From Parasitella parasitica NRRL 2501 (Eukaryota; Fungi; Mucoromycota): 64,000 nt of DNA. The notes beneath the pieces were generated by a model, which made no database searches, was not told where the DNA came from, and was given only the letters and a program-made list of their open reading frames with translations. A program made the translations under genes and the position numbers. Below are positions 48,290 to 62,793 of this stretch, piece by piece. Every line of letters starts with the position of its first letter. The first letter of the stretch is position 1. The DNA lies in contig MU619275.1 of assembly GCA_025201805.1 (NCBI GenBank), positions 83,550 to 147,549 on the forward strand, in the 5' to 3' direction.

Positions 48290-49318
48290 TTAATATCTGG
48301 TATTGCCACCATTAGCCTCAATAACAGCCTTGCATCGAGAGCTCATACTGTCGACTAAAGTCTCTAAAAATGATGGAGGTATTGCATACCATTCGTTGCG
48401 AATACAAGTCTCCAACTGATCCACATTCTTCAGTTGGTATCTACGACTCTCTATCCGCTTTTCAAGGTAAGCCCAGACATGTTCANNNNNNNNNNNNNNN
48501 NNNNNNNNNNNNNNNNNNNNNNNNNNNNNNNNNNNNNNNNNNNNNNNNNNNNNNNNNNNNNNNNNNNNNNNNNNNNNNNNNNNNNNNNNNNNNNNNNNNN
48601 NNNNNNNNNNNNNNNNNNNNNNNNNNNNNNNNNNNNNNNNNNNNNNNNNNNNNNNNNNNNNNNNNNNNNNNNNNNNNNNNNNNNNNNNNNNNNNNNNNNN
48701 NNNNNNNNNNNNNNNNNNNNNNNNNNNNNNNNNNNNNNNNNNNNNNNNNNNNNNNNNNNNNNNNNNNNNNNNNNNNNNNNNNNNNNNNNNNNNNNNNNNN
48801 NNNNNNNNNNNNNNNNNNNNNNNNNNNNNNNNNNNNNNNNNNNNNNNNNNCCATTGTTCAGCTGTCCAATTAACCTTTTCTTTGGCCCAAGCAAGTCTTT
48901 TTTCGATTTGCTTGGGTTTCAGCATTGGTACAGATGCTGGGGAATATGACCCAAAGCCGTGTCTGTCAGCATATATCGATAGCGTTTGAGGATGTATATC
49001 AATTCCAGCTGCTTTCAATCTTGCGTTATGAGTGACAAAAGAATCAAATGGCTTCTCTCTAAAGCTGCGCACAACAGTACGCTGATCTCTTTCAGACAAC
49101 TTAAGAGGCCTTCCGCTACGTTTTTGGATTACTCCACTTCCTGTTTTATTGTAGCGATTGACACAATCAGTAACGGTCGACTTTGGCAAGCACATTTCAC
49201 GTGAAATTTGAGTGATCTTTTGTTTGGCTTGATATCTGCCGATAATGAGCCCACATGTATAATCGTCAAGTTGTTTACGAATTGTACGATGGTCGTTGGT
49301 AATATCTGTTAAAGTCAT
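48290..49318 (-). CDS. Tc1-family transposase (catalytic core falls in the gap)
   Basis: HTH region, GRPLKLS, KRLAWAKE..NWT..QW before the gap; EHVW...SMSSRCKAVIEANGGNTRY after it. Confidence 0.9.
   Translation of the reverse strand: MTLTDITNDHRTIRKQLDDYTCGLIIGRYQAKQKITQISREMCLPKSTVTDCVNRYNKTGSGVIQKRSGRPLKLSERDQRTVVRSFREKPFDSFVTHNARLKAAGIDIHPQTLSIYADRHGFGSYSPASVPMLKPKQIEKRLAWAKEKVNWTAEQWXXXXXXXXXXXXXXXXXXXXXXXXXXXXXXXXXXXXXXXXXXXXXXXXXXXXXXXXXXXXXXXXXXXXXXXXXXXXXXXXXXXXXXXXXXXXXXXXXXXXXXXXXXXXXXXXXXXXXXXXXXEHVWAYLEKRIESRRYQLKNVDQLETCIRNEWYAIPPSFLETLVDSMSSRCKAVIEANGGNTRY
48486..48850. other. Assembly gap inside the transposase
   Basis: Run of N. Confidence 1.
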
Positions 49319-50612
49319 AATCAGTTGTATTTATGGAGTAGTGATAAAAGAGCGTTTGATTGAAGAGTATTCTACTTGTTTTTATTTGAAAAATAAAGGA
49401 AATTAAAAAGGACGGTGACTTATCTTTACCCACGGTAGACTTAAATTGCTCGCCATCTTCCCGCTTGTTCATCAACCCCACAGCAGGGTGCCAACGGAAA
49501 TAGACTAGTTTAACAATATATCAATTTCAACTTCTTTGAAATACTTTAGAATACCAATCAAAAGACTTAGGGGTTGGCTCAGTTGTGGGGAAGATGTTTG
49601 TGGTATCATACGTCTTGCTGTCTACAGTATTGTTTTAACCATCTGGCCATTAAACGATCGGCCATTCGTGATGCACTTTGGGTAGTATATGAAATACTTC
49701 AACTAATCCAATCGCCTTACTCATTTTCAGTTTTTCTTTATTCCCCTCTTAACTATGATTCTCTCTATCTGTAAGTGTTTATTGCTTCTTATCAAAGAAA
49801 GCACTACCAATATATATATATATATTTTCTACCTACCAACTAGTACTCGTATCTTTCTTATTATACTGCTCCTCTTTTGTTCTTGACTTCTGTCCTTATT
49901 TTTCCGCTTCATTTCTACTCGATTTAGTGCCTTTGTCTGCCCCATTTGTGATATTTTTTCTGTTTTCAATTATTTTTCAAAAAGTGATCCAATAATTCCC
50001 AAATAAAGTGTATTATATTTCTGTTTCCATGGACGTGTATTAATAGCACAAACATATAGTAAACGTTTGATGTGTCATCATCAATTACTGATACACGATC
50101 AGATCTAGTGAAACAAGCCCGTCAAAAAAAAGGGGTGGGGGTGGATTGAGAGGGGGGATCAAAAGAGAGCCATTCATAGTGTAAATGAATATAGGAGAGC
50201 TTATACTCTACAGATCTATGTAATTTTATAAAATAAAAAGAAGAACAGGGGTCAGGGAATGTAATGATTATAAACGTAATGAAGGTTTAGACGGACAGGT
50301 ATTTAATATAAAAGTAATTTTCTGCTTCATTTACTAAATGACATTTAGATCAAAAAACTTAATATACCACGTCCAATTGCAGTTGAAAATTACTCATAGT
50401 TCTCAAGGAGTTAAATAGATATACATAGCATATAAAGTATTATATGCCTGAGGTGTGTTCGTTCGTGTGTGCGTGCCACATATCTCAAATTCAATAGTAG
50501 GGATGTTACTTGAGACAAAAAAGAAAAAAAAAAAAAAAGGTTAAAAATATTCATCTAGTTGTTTTAATCACATTTTTCTTTTAGAAACATTTTTTAAACA
50601 TTCTTATCATTT

Positions 50613-51051
50613 ATGACACGGGCTCGAAAAGAGAGTGCTTTGCATCTTGCATTATTAGTGCTTGTACAATGGATTAGTCTAGCTGTTGTCATTTTAAATG
50701 CAACAGCGTTGTACTTGCTTCAAACTTCAAAACAGTCAGGGCTTGTTAACCTCTATGCCAGCCCAGCAGATTATATGCTTTTGATTCTAGGTTCTTTATC
50801 TTTTATCGGTTCAACTGTCTATTTGTTTTTGCATTTACATTTGTATTTTCAAATTGTCAACGATCATCCGTTCACTCCTCCAAAAACTTTGACCGCCATC
50901 GAAGTCATCATGGCTGTCATCTCAATCGCATTATGGACTGTAGCGACATCTGTTATTTTAACACATTCGCAAGGTANNNNNNNNNNNNNNNNNNNNNNNN
51001 NNNNNNNNNNNNNNNNNNNNNNNNNNNNNNNNNNNNNNNNNNNNNNNNNNN

Positions 51052-51090
<39 letters not shown>

Positions 51091-52027
51091 TTGATCAATC
51101 CGTATTTATCGTACGCTCATCTGACAATATATAAACCTACGCAGAATCAGCATCACCATGTAAGTTTACCAGTTCGCTATATACACAAAATCACAGCGAT
51201 GTTTGCGAACTGTTCGATACAACTTTAATGTTAGGTAAAAAAGCAAATGTAATTAAGGGGTATCCGTATACGGTAGTAATAACTCAATCTGTATTATTTT
51301 AGCATTCGCAGCTGTAGGCGGTTGGGTTCTAGTCTTGTTGGCCACTCTCTTTACTTTAATTCGGTCTCCTATTCCACCCACAACTATATTCACAATAGAA
51401 GCACCACCACAACGGTTCTCGCAGCCCATGGTAGTTTCACTCCCCGAGGAAGCTTATTATGGCTCAGATCACCTGCCAGCAGCTAGTCGTCCTTACTATT
51501 TGGGCCATTACACCACCAGCAACAGTAACAAGATCAGGCCTGTGAGTGAAGATCAAGATGCACGACAGAAAATGATTTTGGCAACGAATAATTCACCTCA
51601 GCGTAACAAACGAAAGAGCATGATGATTCACCATAGCGGGAATGCTTCGGGAAGTTCAATTCATGCCTCTTCATCGAAATTTGCTGTGGAGCGAGTGTTG
51701 CTAGACGATGATGACAATGAGTTGGCATCGGCTGCTACCTCTTCCAATATACAGAATTACTATTCATCCTATTATCAACCTCAGCATATGCCGCTATCCT
51801 CCCTGTCTAATACAAATTCATCAATGACAAATAACTCAACGTCAGCTTCATCCTATTATTCATCGAGGTGGCAAATGCCTCACACTGAAAGTCAAAGGAC
51901 ACTTCAAAGTCTCTCGACAATTGAATCTTTGTATGGCCGTTCTCAGCCAATGCAATTTGATCTACCTATCATTCAAGTTGGGATGTTGTCCCATATCGAT
52001 GCCTCTTTTCTTCATAAAAGATCTTGA
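50613..52027 (+). CDS. Four-TM membrane protein (MARVEL-like topology) with Ser-rich cytoplasmic tail
   Basis: Three exons (gap 50977-51051 lies in intron 1). Four hydrophobic helices with a Cys pair in the TM3-TM4 loop. Confidence 0.72.
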
Positions 52028-53188
52028 TCTGAAGAAAAAGAGACAATAGAATCCATGCATTCGTTTTATGATAAGCAATCTCAATTTGGCTATAATCTAC
52101 AATTATCAGCCAAATATTCCGTCTTTAACTACCTATTATAGTAAAGATTATTTTATTAGCATCATTTTCATCTTTTTAATTCGTAATAAATTATCCATTC
52201 AAGTAAACCATATAAATACCTAAAATCAGCCTTGCTGTATGTGTGAGAGAGCTGACATTGGACTTTTCACCAAGCTGGGCACTTACGAACTGGCTTCAAC
52301 AGTAGCTATCTCGATGCAAGAGCATCACAAAGCTTTATAAGCTTTATGGAATCTGCCTATTTTTTAATGCTTTGCAACATGCACAGATATCCCCCAAAAA
52401 AATAAAATCCATGATTTTTTTGACGTTTTTGACGTTTTTCTCGTATATTTAATGTAATTAATTATAAACTAGCCGATATCTCATAATCATGTGATAGCTT
52501 TTGTTGAGGCATGCTTAAACCATTTTATTGCTCAGAAAAATATCTATTTTTCATAAAGATCTACGACAAACAAGTGTCTTTGTTAATTATACCTGGTTCC
52601 TGAAAGCTTTTTTTTTTTGCCTGTAAACACTATTCTCCGATGTGCGCAAGATTTTGATGAAAAAAAAAAACAGGGTTTCTCTACGGCAAGCGTAGCTAAA
52701 AGCGCACTTAATGCCTTGTCGAGTGGCCACAAATGTTGGTGATTTACCAAGTACCTTGGGATGTTAAAAACTGCACAAAAAACCACTCTTTTTGGCCACA
52801 AACCGTAAAATCCTTGAGCGTTATTTTACCATTCGATGCAAAACTGCCAGGTCTCTAAAAAACATTCACCACAGGAGTGTAGTTTACTCTACGATTTGCT
52901 GCGCTATTTGCAAATCTAATTTGTTGGCCCTTTTTCTGGACCATCTTGACACAGCATGAAGAAGAATGATTATTCTCAAACACCGCAATGCCACACGGTA
53001 TTCGTTTTTTTTATATATATTTTACAATTTATCAATTGTCTTGTTTGATATGTAAGAAGTGAACAACTTAATTTTGTCGAGTTTTTTTTCACAATTTTGG
53101 AAAGAAACAAAAAAAGCACAGAAAAAAAAAAGGAATGATAGGAGAAACTAGATTAAATTACATATTTTTTTTTTTGTTGTTGTTTGGC

Positions 53189-54955
<1,767 letters not shown>

Positions 54956-55158
54956 TTTTTTTGGGGGTGGAAAAAAAAAAAAAAAAAAAAAAAAGAGAAG
55001 GGCATTTTGTTACATTGTGCTGGTATTATTTAAGAACGCCCCCCACCCCCACCCCCCTGGGTTACTGAGTATCACTATCGAATCTCCCCCACACACATGG
55101 AAAAGGTTCAGTGACGTATATAATATATGGTGTCTTCTTGTGTTAATGTGATACGTTT

Positions 55159-57917
55159 TTATTGCTGACCGTTGTTGTTATTGGCATTAGCATTATTAAA
55201 GAAGCCGTTGTTTCTCAAATTGCCGCCGAAACGAAACTGACGAACATAGACCAGATAGCCGACTAACAAACACAGCGACAGAATCAAGAGACTCTCGAAC
55301 AATTCATCCTCTTCAGAATAATCATCCAAATTATAAGGATCGTCGTTGTCGCGAAACGACCCATCTTCACCTAATCTTTCCTGCTCTTCACGCTCCTTCT
55401 GCTTTTTCATCTTGTACTGGCGCTCCATCTCTTCTCCAATATCGTATTGCCTTTGGGAATCCGTCTTTTGCTTTTTTGCGATTGAATCCTCATCGCCATC
55501 GCCTGATTGAAGCGCGGGTCCGACTTCATGGCCAGTGATCCATTCCCAATAATACTTGGCATACATCTTGATAAGGGATAGTTTGACAGGCAAGTAAGCA
55601 TCCTGGTCAATAACCAATGCTTGGTCGTATGCTCTCTTGGCAAGATGAAAGTCCTTTGTAACGCCTGTCCCGCTCTCGTACATCCATCCCAAATTCCAAA
55701 ACGCCAAAGGTGATCCTTGCGTTTCTGCTGCTAATCGATAGCAAGAAACCGCCTTTTCGAAATCGATGGGTGTGCCAATCCCTTTAAAGTAATAATCCCC
55801 CATCTTGACTCTTGAATCCACATTGTTTTGGTTGGCGGATCGAGTCCAATAGATGAATGCGGATTCCTTCTCATCAAGGCCCTGAATAATGTCGGCAGGC
55901 TGCTCTTGGTCGGGCAAAGTGCCAATAAGCGGCAAGGTAGTCAGCATCTTTTTATCATTGTCGAGTAAATATGCAACGTTGGACTGTGCTACTTCGTATC
56001 CTCTTTCTGCTGCCAGCATGTACCTCAACAGCGCGCCTTCCTTGTCATGTTTCTTGTAGGATCCATATGCCTCTTCCACTGTGGGGTTCAGCCAATCTCC
56101 CCTTTCAGCAATGGCTTTGTAGTACTATATACAGAAAATTGAGGAAAAAAAAATATCCCGTTGTCAGTTTAAGATGCTACTTACGGACACTGCAACTCGG
56201 CACGATGGTCTTGGCGTCATGCCCTGTTCATTCATATGAGCAAGATACCAATACGCCAATAAATGTTTAGCATCAGCGGCTTTTGTGAACAAGCGAATAG
56301 CAAGAGGCATGCTAGATTCAGATTGAGCGTATTCCATGGCTAAATTCACTTGAGCGTTTGGGTTCTCCTGATCTGCTGCCTTTTTAAAGTACTCGATTGC
56401 TTTGTCTCTATTTCTAGCGACAACAATGCCATCAAGATACATCATGCCCATGTTATTCTGCGAGGTAGAGTCGCCAAATTCAACGCCCAGCTTAAACCAT
56501 TTATGCGCCCTCTTCTCGTCTGCCTTGACACCTTCGCCACGCCAATACATCAGTCCTAAATATCCAGCCGCTTGTCCAATTGCCTTGGTATTCTTGACTG
56601 GTAACTTGCTTCCTGGTGAGGCTTTGTCGATGATCTGGTGGAAGAATATGAAGGCTTCGTTGAAGTTACGTGGGATGCTGCGAGTTCCTAAATAATACAC
56701 TTGTCCTAGCATCAGTTGAGCATCCACATCTTGTTTTGCTGCTAAATAGCGCCAGTACTGCAGGATCTCTGCAATACTCACAGATTTCTCGGATCCACCA
56801 GGATGACGACTACGCTTCTCAGTTGTGAGGCTTGCGCCATAGCCATAAACACCACCATGTTCCTCAGAAAGTCTAACCTTTGTCAAGGGCGGGGTATGAC
56901 CTCCTGGAGGGCCAGAAAGGTAGTAATCGATGACTTTGTTTGCAACATTTTTGTAGTGATACAAGGCATCTTCGCAAGTTTCATCAGTGCCAATGCCCAT
57001 GAGGTATCGATAGCCCATGGTCATCTCAGCTGTGGTGTCCCCACCATGGGCAGCGAATGTGTGGTATAAGAGCGCTTTGGCTTGGTCTCGTTCAACAATG
57101 TTGCCAATGCCAGTGGCATAGATGAATCCAATCATTTGTTGTGCAGTTGCATTGCCTTTCGACGCCAATTCGTTGTAATAATCAAATGCGTTTTTGTAAT
57201 TTCTGGGATGTGTGTATTTGGCAAACTAGCAAAATGCGTCAGTTGTTGCCAATTATTTTTTCGAGTCTTTTGCATACTCACAAAGTTCAATTCGGCCAAC
57301 AATAATAAAGCATCATTGTTGTCGTATTCCTTGGCTGATTTCTCGAGTAACGCAGTTGCAGCCTCGAATTCTTTCGACTGATCTGTGTTGGGCGTGGAGG
57401 GTTGAGCGATGGAAGTGGTCGTACCGGATGACCACAAGCCGATGATTTTGCGAATTATACGATCTGTGAAGCTGGCTTTCTCATCTGCCGGATGTATTGT
57501 TGTATTTACATATTTTTTCTCAATGTTTTCAAGTTGCTTTAATGCTTCATGGTACAGGAGTTGGCCTATTTTGTTTTTATTTTATTTTTATTCATGTCAG
57601 TGTGTGCAAACTGTTGCAGAAAACTGTTAATACGAACCATCAGTGTAAAAATCTGGGTTGCCTTTCTCTATTGACGTTGTGAATGCCTAGACCATAGACT
57701 ACAGTTACTAAAAGCTCACAAAATTTATTCTAATACCAGTACTGTTTGTTTATTATCAAGAGTTTCCGTCGCAGACACTATTTGAGCTGCACAGCTCAGA
57801 ATAAAAGCTAGCAATGGTCAAATTTAATAACCCATTGAAATAAACGCAAAAGAGAGCCTTACGAGTCAAGTAGATAGCCCTTCTTTTCCAACGGCTGTGA
57901 GGCTGCGGTTTATACAT
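55159..57917 (-). CDS. HRD3: SEL1-repeat ERAD component Hrd3/SEL1L
   Basis: Multiple Sel1 repeats, DQAKALLYHTFAA, AAERGYEVAQSNVAYLLD, KDFHLAKRAYDQAL and a C-terminal TM. 5' exon boundaries are approximate. Confidence 0.92.
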
Positions 57918-58220
57918 ATTGAAAAAAAAAAATGTGGAAGAAAGAGCTCCTGATTAAGCGAAATGAGATGATTTTGAATAATGAAGCTTCAACGCGTACT
58001 AATATCTAATTGGCTGACTGCAGTTCATGTACTGATATCATGTAGCCAGCAGCCATTTTTAGCAACGGATGTTCAATGCAAAATGTCTGTTCTGACAAAT
58101 ATTCTCCCAATAAAGGCATCAAATGCTCTCGTGAGAAATAGATTTTGGAAATAATAGATCTTTTATTTTTTTTTTTTTGTTTATTGAAGCTTAATTCTTC
58201 TTTCTCTTTATACGACAAGT

Positions 58221-59471
58221 ATGATTGCCTCCATCTTTAAAAGCTTAGTTTTGTCTGGCTTCTTGGTAGTTGCTGCTGCTCATGCTGGCCATGACCACCA
58301 TAACAGTAATGACGATATAGGACAAATCCCACTGTCAGGTCCCAATGAGATGCCTGTCATCTTCAACCGCCCAATCTTGGAAAAGGACGGCTATGTACCC
58401 TCGTTTTCTGGTATCTCTACATTTGCTCACTTGCCCTATCTCCAATGCTGGGAAGAAGACGCTAATGAAGATTACGATATCGCTGTCATTGGCGCTCCGT
58501 ATGATATTGGTGTCACTTTCAGAACAGGAGCCAGATTTGGCCCTTCTGGCATCCGCGAAGGATCAAAGCGTATCAAGGTAATATATATATATATACATGT
58601 AAAATGGAAGCCAATACTAAACATCAGTCAATTGTAGGGCTATAGCAACGAACTCCACATTAATCCTTTCAAATCTTGGGCCAAGGCTGTTGATTGTGGA
58701 GATATCCCTTTCGAGCCCTTTGATAGTGAGCATGCTATGGCTCAAATCGAATCGCATGCCAAGTACATCCTTTCTCGCCCTGTTCGTCCTACCCATTCCA
58801 AGCTCAATAATGGTATTCCTCGTTTGATTACTTTGGGTGGTGACCATACTATTTTACTGCCTGTTTTGAGAGCCATGCGCGAAGCTCATGGAAGGCCCAT
58901 TTCTGTGATCCATTTTGATTCCCATTTAGATACCTGGGCTCCTGAGATCTACAACGTCAAGGCCAAAGGATCCAAGTATAACCATGGCAACCCTCTCTAT
59001 CACGCCTCCAAGGAAGGGTTGACCACCAATGGAACATCGCTGCATGTGGGTATTAGATCTAGTTTGTACGACAAGGACGATATTGCTCGCGATGAAGCAT
59101 TGGGATACCGCATGATTAAGGCGAATGACATTTTTACCTTGGGTGTTGATGGTATTTCAGAGCGCATCAAGGAGATACTGGGCTCACCAAATGAGGCACT
59201 GGTATATTTATCCATAGATATTGATGTGATCGATCCTTCAATGGCACCGGCAACAGGCACACCTGAAACTGGTGGCTTCTTGACTAGAGAGATGAGATAT
59301 ATTCTTCGCAGTCTTTATGGTTATAACATTGTAGGCATGGATGTTGTAGAAGTCGCGCCCGCATACGATACTCAAGCTCAATTAACAACCTTTTTGGCTT
59401 CTGACCTAATCTACGAGTCTATGTCTATGATGGTAAAATATGGAGAACAAAAACATCAAGTTATTTCGTAG
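58221..59471 (+). CDS. Agmatinase/guanidinobutyrase-like ureohydrolase with signal peptide
   Basis: GISTFAHLP, GARFGPSGIR, GGDH, HFDSHLD, SIDIDVIDP, TGTPETGG, VVEVAPAYD. One intron around 58578-58637. Confidence 0.93.
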
Positions 59472-60173
59472 ACATGTATAGATACACAATCCTTAATAGC
59501 ACAAACAAATAAAGCAGCTAATACAACACACTCTAAGCGCAAGTCAAGTTTACATTTGCTTGATCTCAAATCAAGCTGCCTTTTTTTTTTGTTTCGACTA
59601 TCAGTGTAGATAAGTTCTTGATGAATGATCTGAATCAAACAATTCTTCTCATTCTATACGAGGTTCAATTAATATCTCTCATTGCAACTAATCACAAATG
59701 GTCTAGATGTATTCTGCGATTCTTGAACCCTATGAAATTTTTCATACTGATATTTTCATCAAAAGAAGGCGCCGTGGCATTCGCACAAGTTAGTCAATCA
59801 ATAGAAATCAATTGAGCGTTGATATCATCTCTAAATGATTCACATCGCATCGATCTGCTTTTTTGCGAATAAATCACTCGCTGTAACATTTGGCCTTACT
59901 CATGATGAGTATATCAACATCTTGATTGTGGAACTGCTGCCAACAAATCGGATAATTGCGCTTGTTGCAAGAGAGCAAAACCCTCAGCGAGGCAGCAGTC
60001 TCGATTCCCTTCTTTTTCTTTATTCAAATATGGAAAGAGTGCAAACTTTTTAGTCTGTAGTCTTACATTATCTTTAAGAGCATTTCCCCTTATCACTTCT
60101 CTCGCTTCTCTTTTTCTTTTTCTTTTTCTCTTCATTTTTTTATTTTTTTTTATTTCAGTCCATTTTCTCTATC

Positions 60174-60959
60174 ATGGAAGGAAATCACCAACAAAATAAC
60201 ATTATGGATTCTTTTGAATCAACAGAGAATGCCTTGATGGATTCCTTCAAAGCTGCAGCCTTAAAAGTTACAACTTTGTATAAAGATTCTCTCGTCCAAA
60301 ATCGAAAATCGTACGCAGCCGGCTATCAGCAAGCTCTGCAAGATTTATACGAGTTCATCAGTGCTCAGCCCGAAAATGGCTTTATCCCTGTGCAAGATGT
60401 TTTATCGTTTGCTCGTCAAAAGAACAATCAGTTGACTTCTGAAATGGGCGGCTCATCTGCTGTCTCTCCCCCAAACAATGCTACGTCGACACCGCCTCCT
60501 GTAGTACAGCACCATAGATTACAGCAGCAGCAACAGCAGCAGCAGCAGCAAATAGATGAATTATCGCAACAACAAAAGGCTGTTAATAACAACCCTTTCC
60601 AAATTGACCCTTACTCTCAATTCACATTTACTCATGATGTCGTGCCGTTATCGAATAGTCGCTCAATGGACGGTGTATGGGACCAAACTGCCAATAACAA
60701 CACAACAGAAGGGTTCAAGCGAAAACTGATGCCTTCTGAACTATCGTTTATGGGAAGATCGATGAATTTGGATGCGTGGTATGAGCAGCAGCCGCCTTTG
60801 AAGAGGGGTAGATTAAGACGGGAGGAGCATATACAGCTTCAACTGCAGCAGCAACAAATACAGCAACAGCACATATTCCAGCAACAACAACAACAACAAC
60901 AACAGCAGCAGCAACAGCAGCAAAACAATGCTCAATCATCACAATTTCAACAGCCTTAA
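60174..60959 (+). CDS. HAPSTR1/YJR056C-like protein with polyQ tracts
   Basis: FKAAALKVTTLYK...GYQQALQDL helix motif and C-terminal basic FKRK / LKRGR. Confidence 0.7.
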   Translation: MEGNHQQNNIMDSFESTENALMDSFKAAALKVTTLYKDSLVQNRKSYAAGYQQALQDLYEFISAQPENGFIPVQDVLSFARQKNNQLTSEMGGSSAVSPPNNATSTPPPVVQHHRLQQQQQQQQQQIDELSQQQKAVNNNPFQIDPYSQFTFTHDVVPLSNSRSMDGVWDQTANNNTTEGFKRKLMPSELSFMGRSMNLDAWYEQQPPLKRGRLRREEHIQLQLQQQQIQQQHIFQQQQQQQQQQQQQQQNNAQSSQFQQP

Positions 60960-61194
60960 TCATCTCTTACTCTCTTAGATTTATTCGTCTCAAATCACTC
61001 TTCTGTTCATATATCATTTTAGTCTCTATCTCTTTGTTTTATTTCACTTTATATACATACAACATCTCGATTTATTAACTTTTATAAGCTTGGGATCAAT
61101 TAGATATAAACTACTGTAAAATTATATATTTGTTTTCTCTTTATAAATAAACCTTTTTTTTTTTTTTTTGTCAGATCATAGCTTATGAAGCCCT

Positions 61195-62640
61195 TTAAAG
61201 TAGCCGTGCAACGTTTTCCATGTTGTTGTAAAAATCGACATTCATTTTAACAATGACATGTAGTTTTTCCTGGTCCAGCTCTGCCGCCGAATTAACAATA
61301 TCTTTCTACACAGTGACAAATATCAGTAGATGGTATTATCGAAATCCAAAGGCAACTTACATAACAATACCGAACACTAGTGTATATTTGCTGAAACAAT
61401 TCTTTGTCGCCAACAATGTCTTTTCCTTGTCTTGTCAGTTCGTTTTTAATCACCCTTCTGATCATCTAGTTGCACAAATGCATGAGATCAATGAAACCAC
61501 AGGAACAGCCAGCCTACCTGCTTTTTTTCTTCCTGCTGTTTAATCATCCCACTTGGCGACGAGAAGGAGGAGGGTTGCGTTGATGGCGTAAGTTTGTTTG
61601 AGATATATTTAGATGGCACAGATTTCAACAATCTGCTGTTTGGCTTCTTTTCTGGTATATGGTGTCGTCGGTTGTGTGTTGCTTTCCGAGCAACCATTGC
61701 TGATGTGATAATGTCTGAAGACGAGTCTAGCATGGACTGATTCGAGCTAAGTCTCTCAATTATCTCTAGTTCGGTATATCTATTATTAGGAGCCATCATA
61801 TCCGACGAGGACATCATTTCTCGGTGCTTGTATACATGTTCCATCCCAAATATTTCATCTAGAATCGCCATGTTTGTTTTCTTGTTGATGTTGTCTGTCG
61901 TGTTTGTCATGTCATAAGCTGGGAAGAAGCTGAAATCGTCGATCATTGTATGTGCATAAACAGAGATTGAATTGGTGGCCTCGTTTTTCTCACCGTATAC
62001 TACCATGTTGGAATTCTGAGCTATAGTGTGTGGTAAATAGGATATCAGTCTAGATGCAAAAACTGCCTTATTACCATTGTCTTTGTTTTGATTATTGCTC
62101 ATATGGATTATTAACGCATTTTTTGTTGTGCCACATAAATTGAACTATGAAAAAACCATGGTGTTATATGCCATCGAAGTTATTGCAGGTTAACAAGTAT
62201 ACCTCTTCATTGAACACTTCGGCCATGAAATCCTCAAGCTTGCTTTCCTCCTTCACAGGCACACTATAAATGAATGTTAGATCACCATGTAAAGTGGCTG
62301 CATTACTGAAATTTACAGATTATAACGTTCTGAACTGAAGGTATATAGCTTGATAGCTGTGAGATGAGTTGTTGCCAGTAACTGGAAAGAAACACTGCAT
62401 ATCTGACTCTGCTCTGAAGAGCTATCTGTGAATAAACATAATCCTATAAAGAATAACATAATTAGCAATACAAAATAGACATTGAGGAAACCGATGATAA
62501 CCTGAAATGATGCTCTGGCTCTTCCACAAATTATCTAAGTAAAAGCAGATCGGTGTGAGTTTTTCTATCAATCTGATCATTATTTTTCTACCTTGACTCA
62601 ACACTAAAGGTCCTGTGTATATACAATCCACTGAGGGCAT
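61195..62640 (-). CDS. Multi-exon hypothetical protein, possibly Sld7/MTBP-like
   Basis: In-frame GT-AG exons from ATG 62640. C-terminus IRRVIKNELTRQG...ELFQQIYTSVRYCY...LHVIVKMNVDFY resembles Sld7_C. Confidence 0.55.
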
Positions 62641-62793
62641 AATTCCAAACTTTAAAGGTGTTGCATTCTTGTTGTCTGAATGTCTTGATATCAATTATCA
62701 AGACTGTGGTTAAAAAAAAAAAAAAAGGACGTTGATTTCTGGACTACTACTTTCCATGATGGTCTAAAGCTTCTTCTCCTTCAAACCGATAAA

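Larger units (their letters stand above)
48108..49435 (-). mobile_element. Tc1/mariner DNA transposon with perfect 31-bp TIRs and TA target-site duplication
   Basis: TIR CCGTGGGTAAAGATAAGTCACCGTCCTTTTT at 48108-48138 and its inverse at 49405-49435. TA at 48106-48107 and 49436-49437. Confidence 0.95.

Noticed and set aside
49465-49509. Possible Helitron 3' end (hairpin...CTAG|T)
   Set aside because: The palindrome is weak and too far from CTAG; no matching 5' TC end or RepHel sequence identified.
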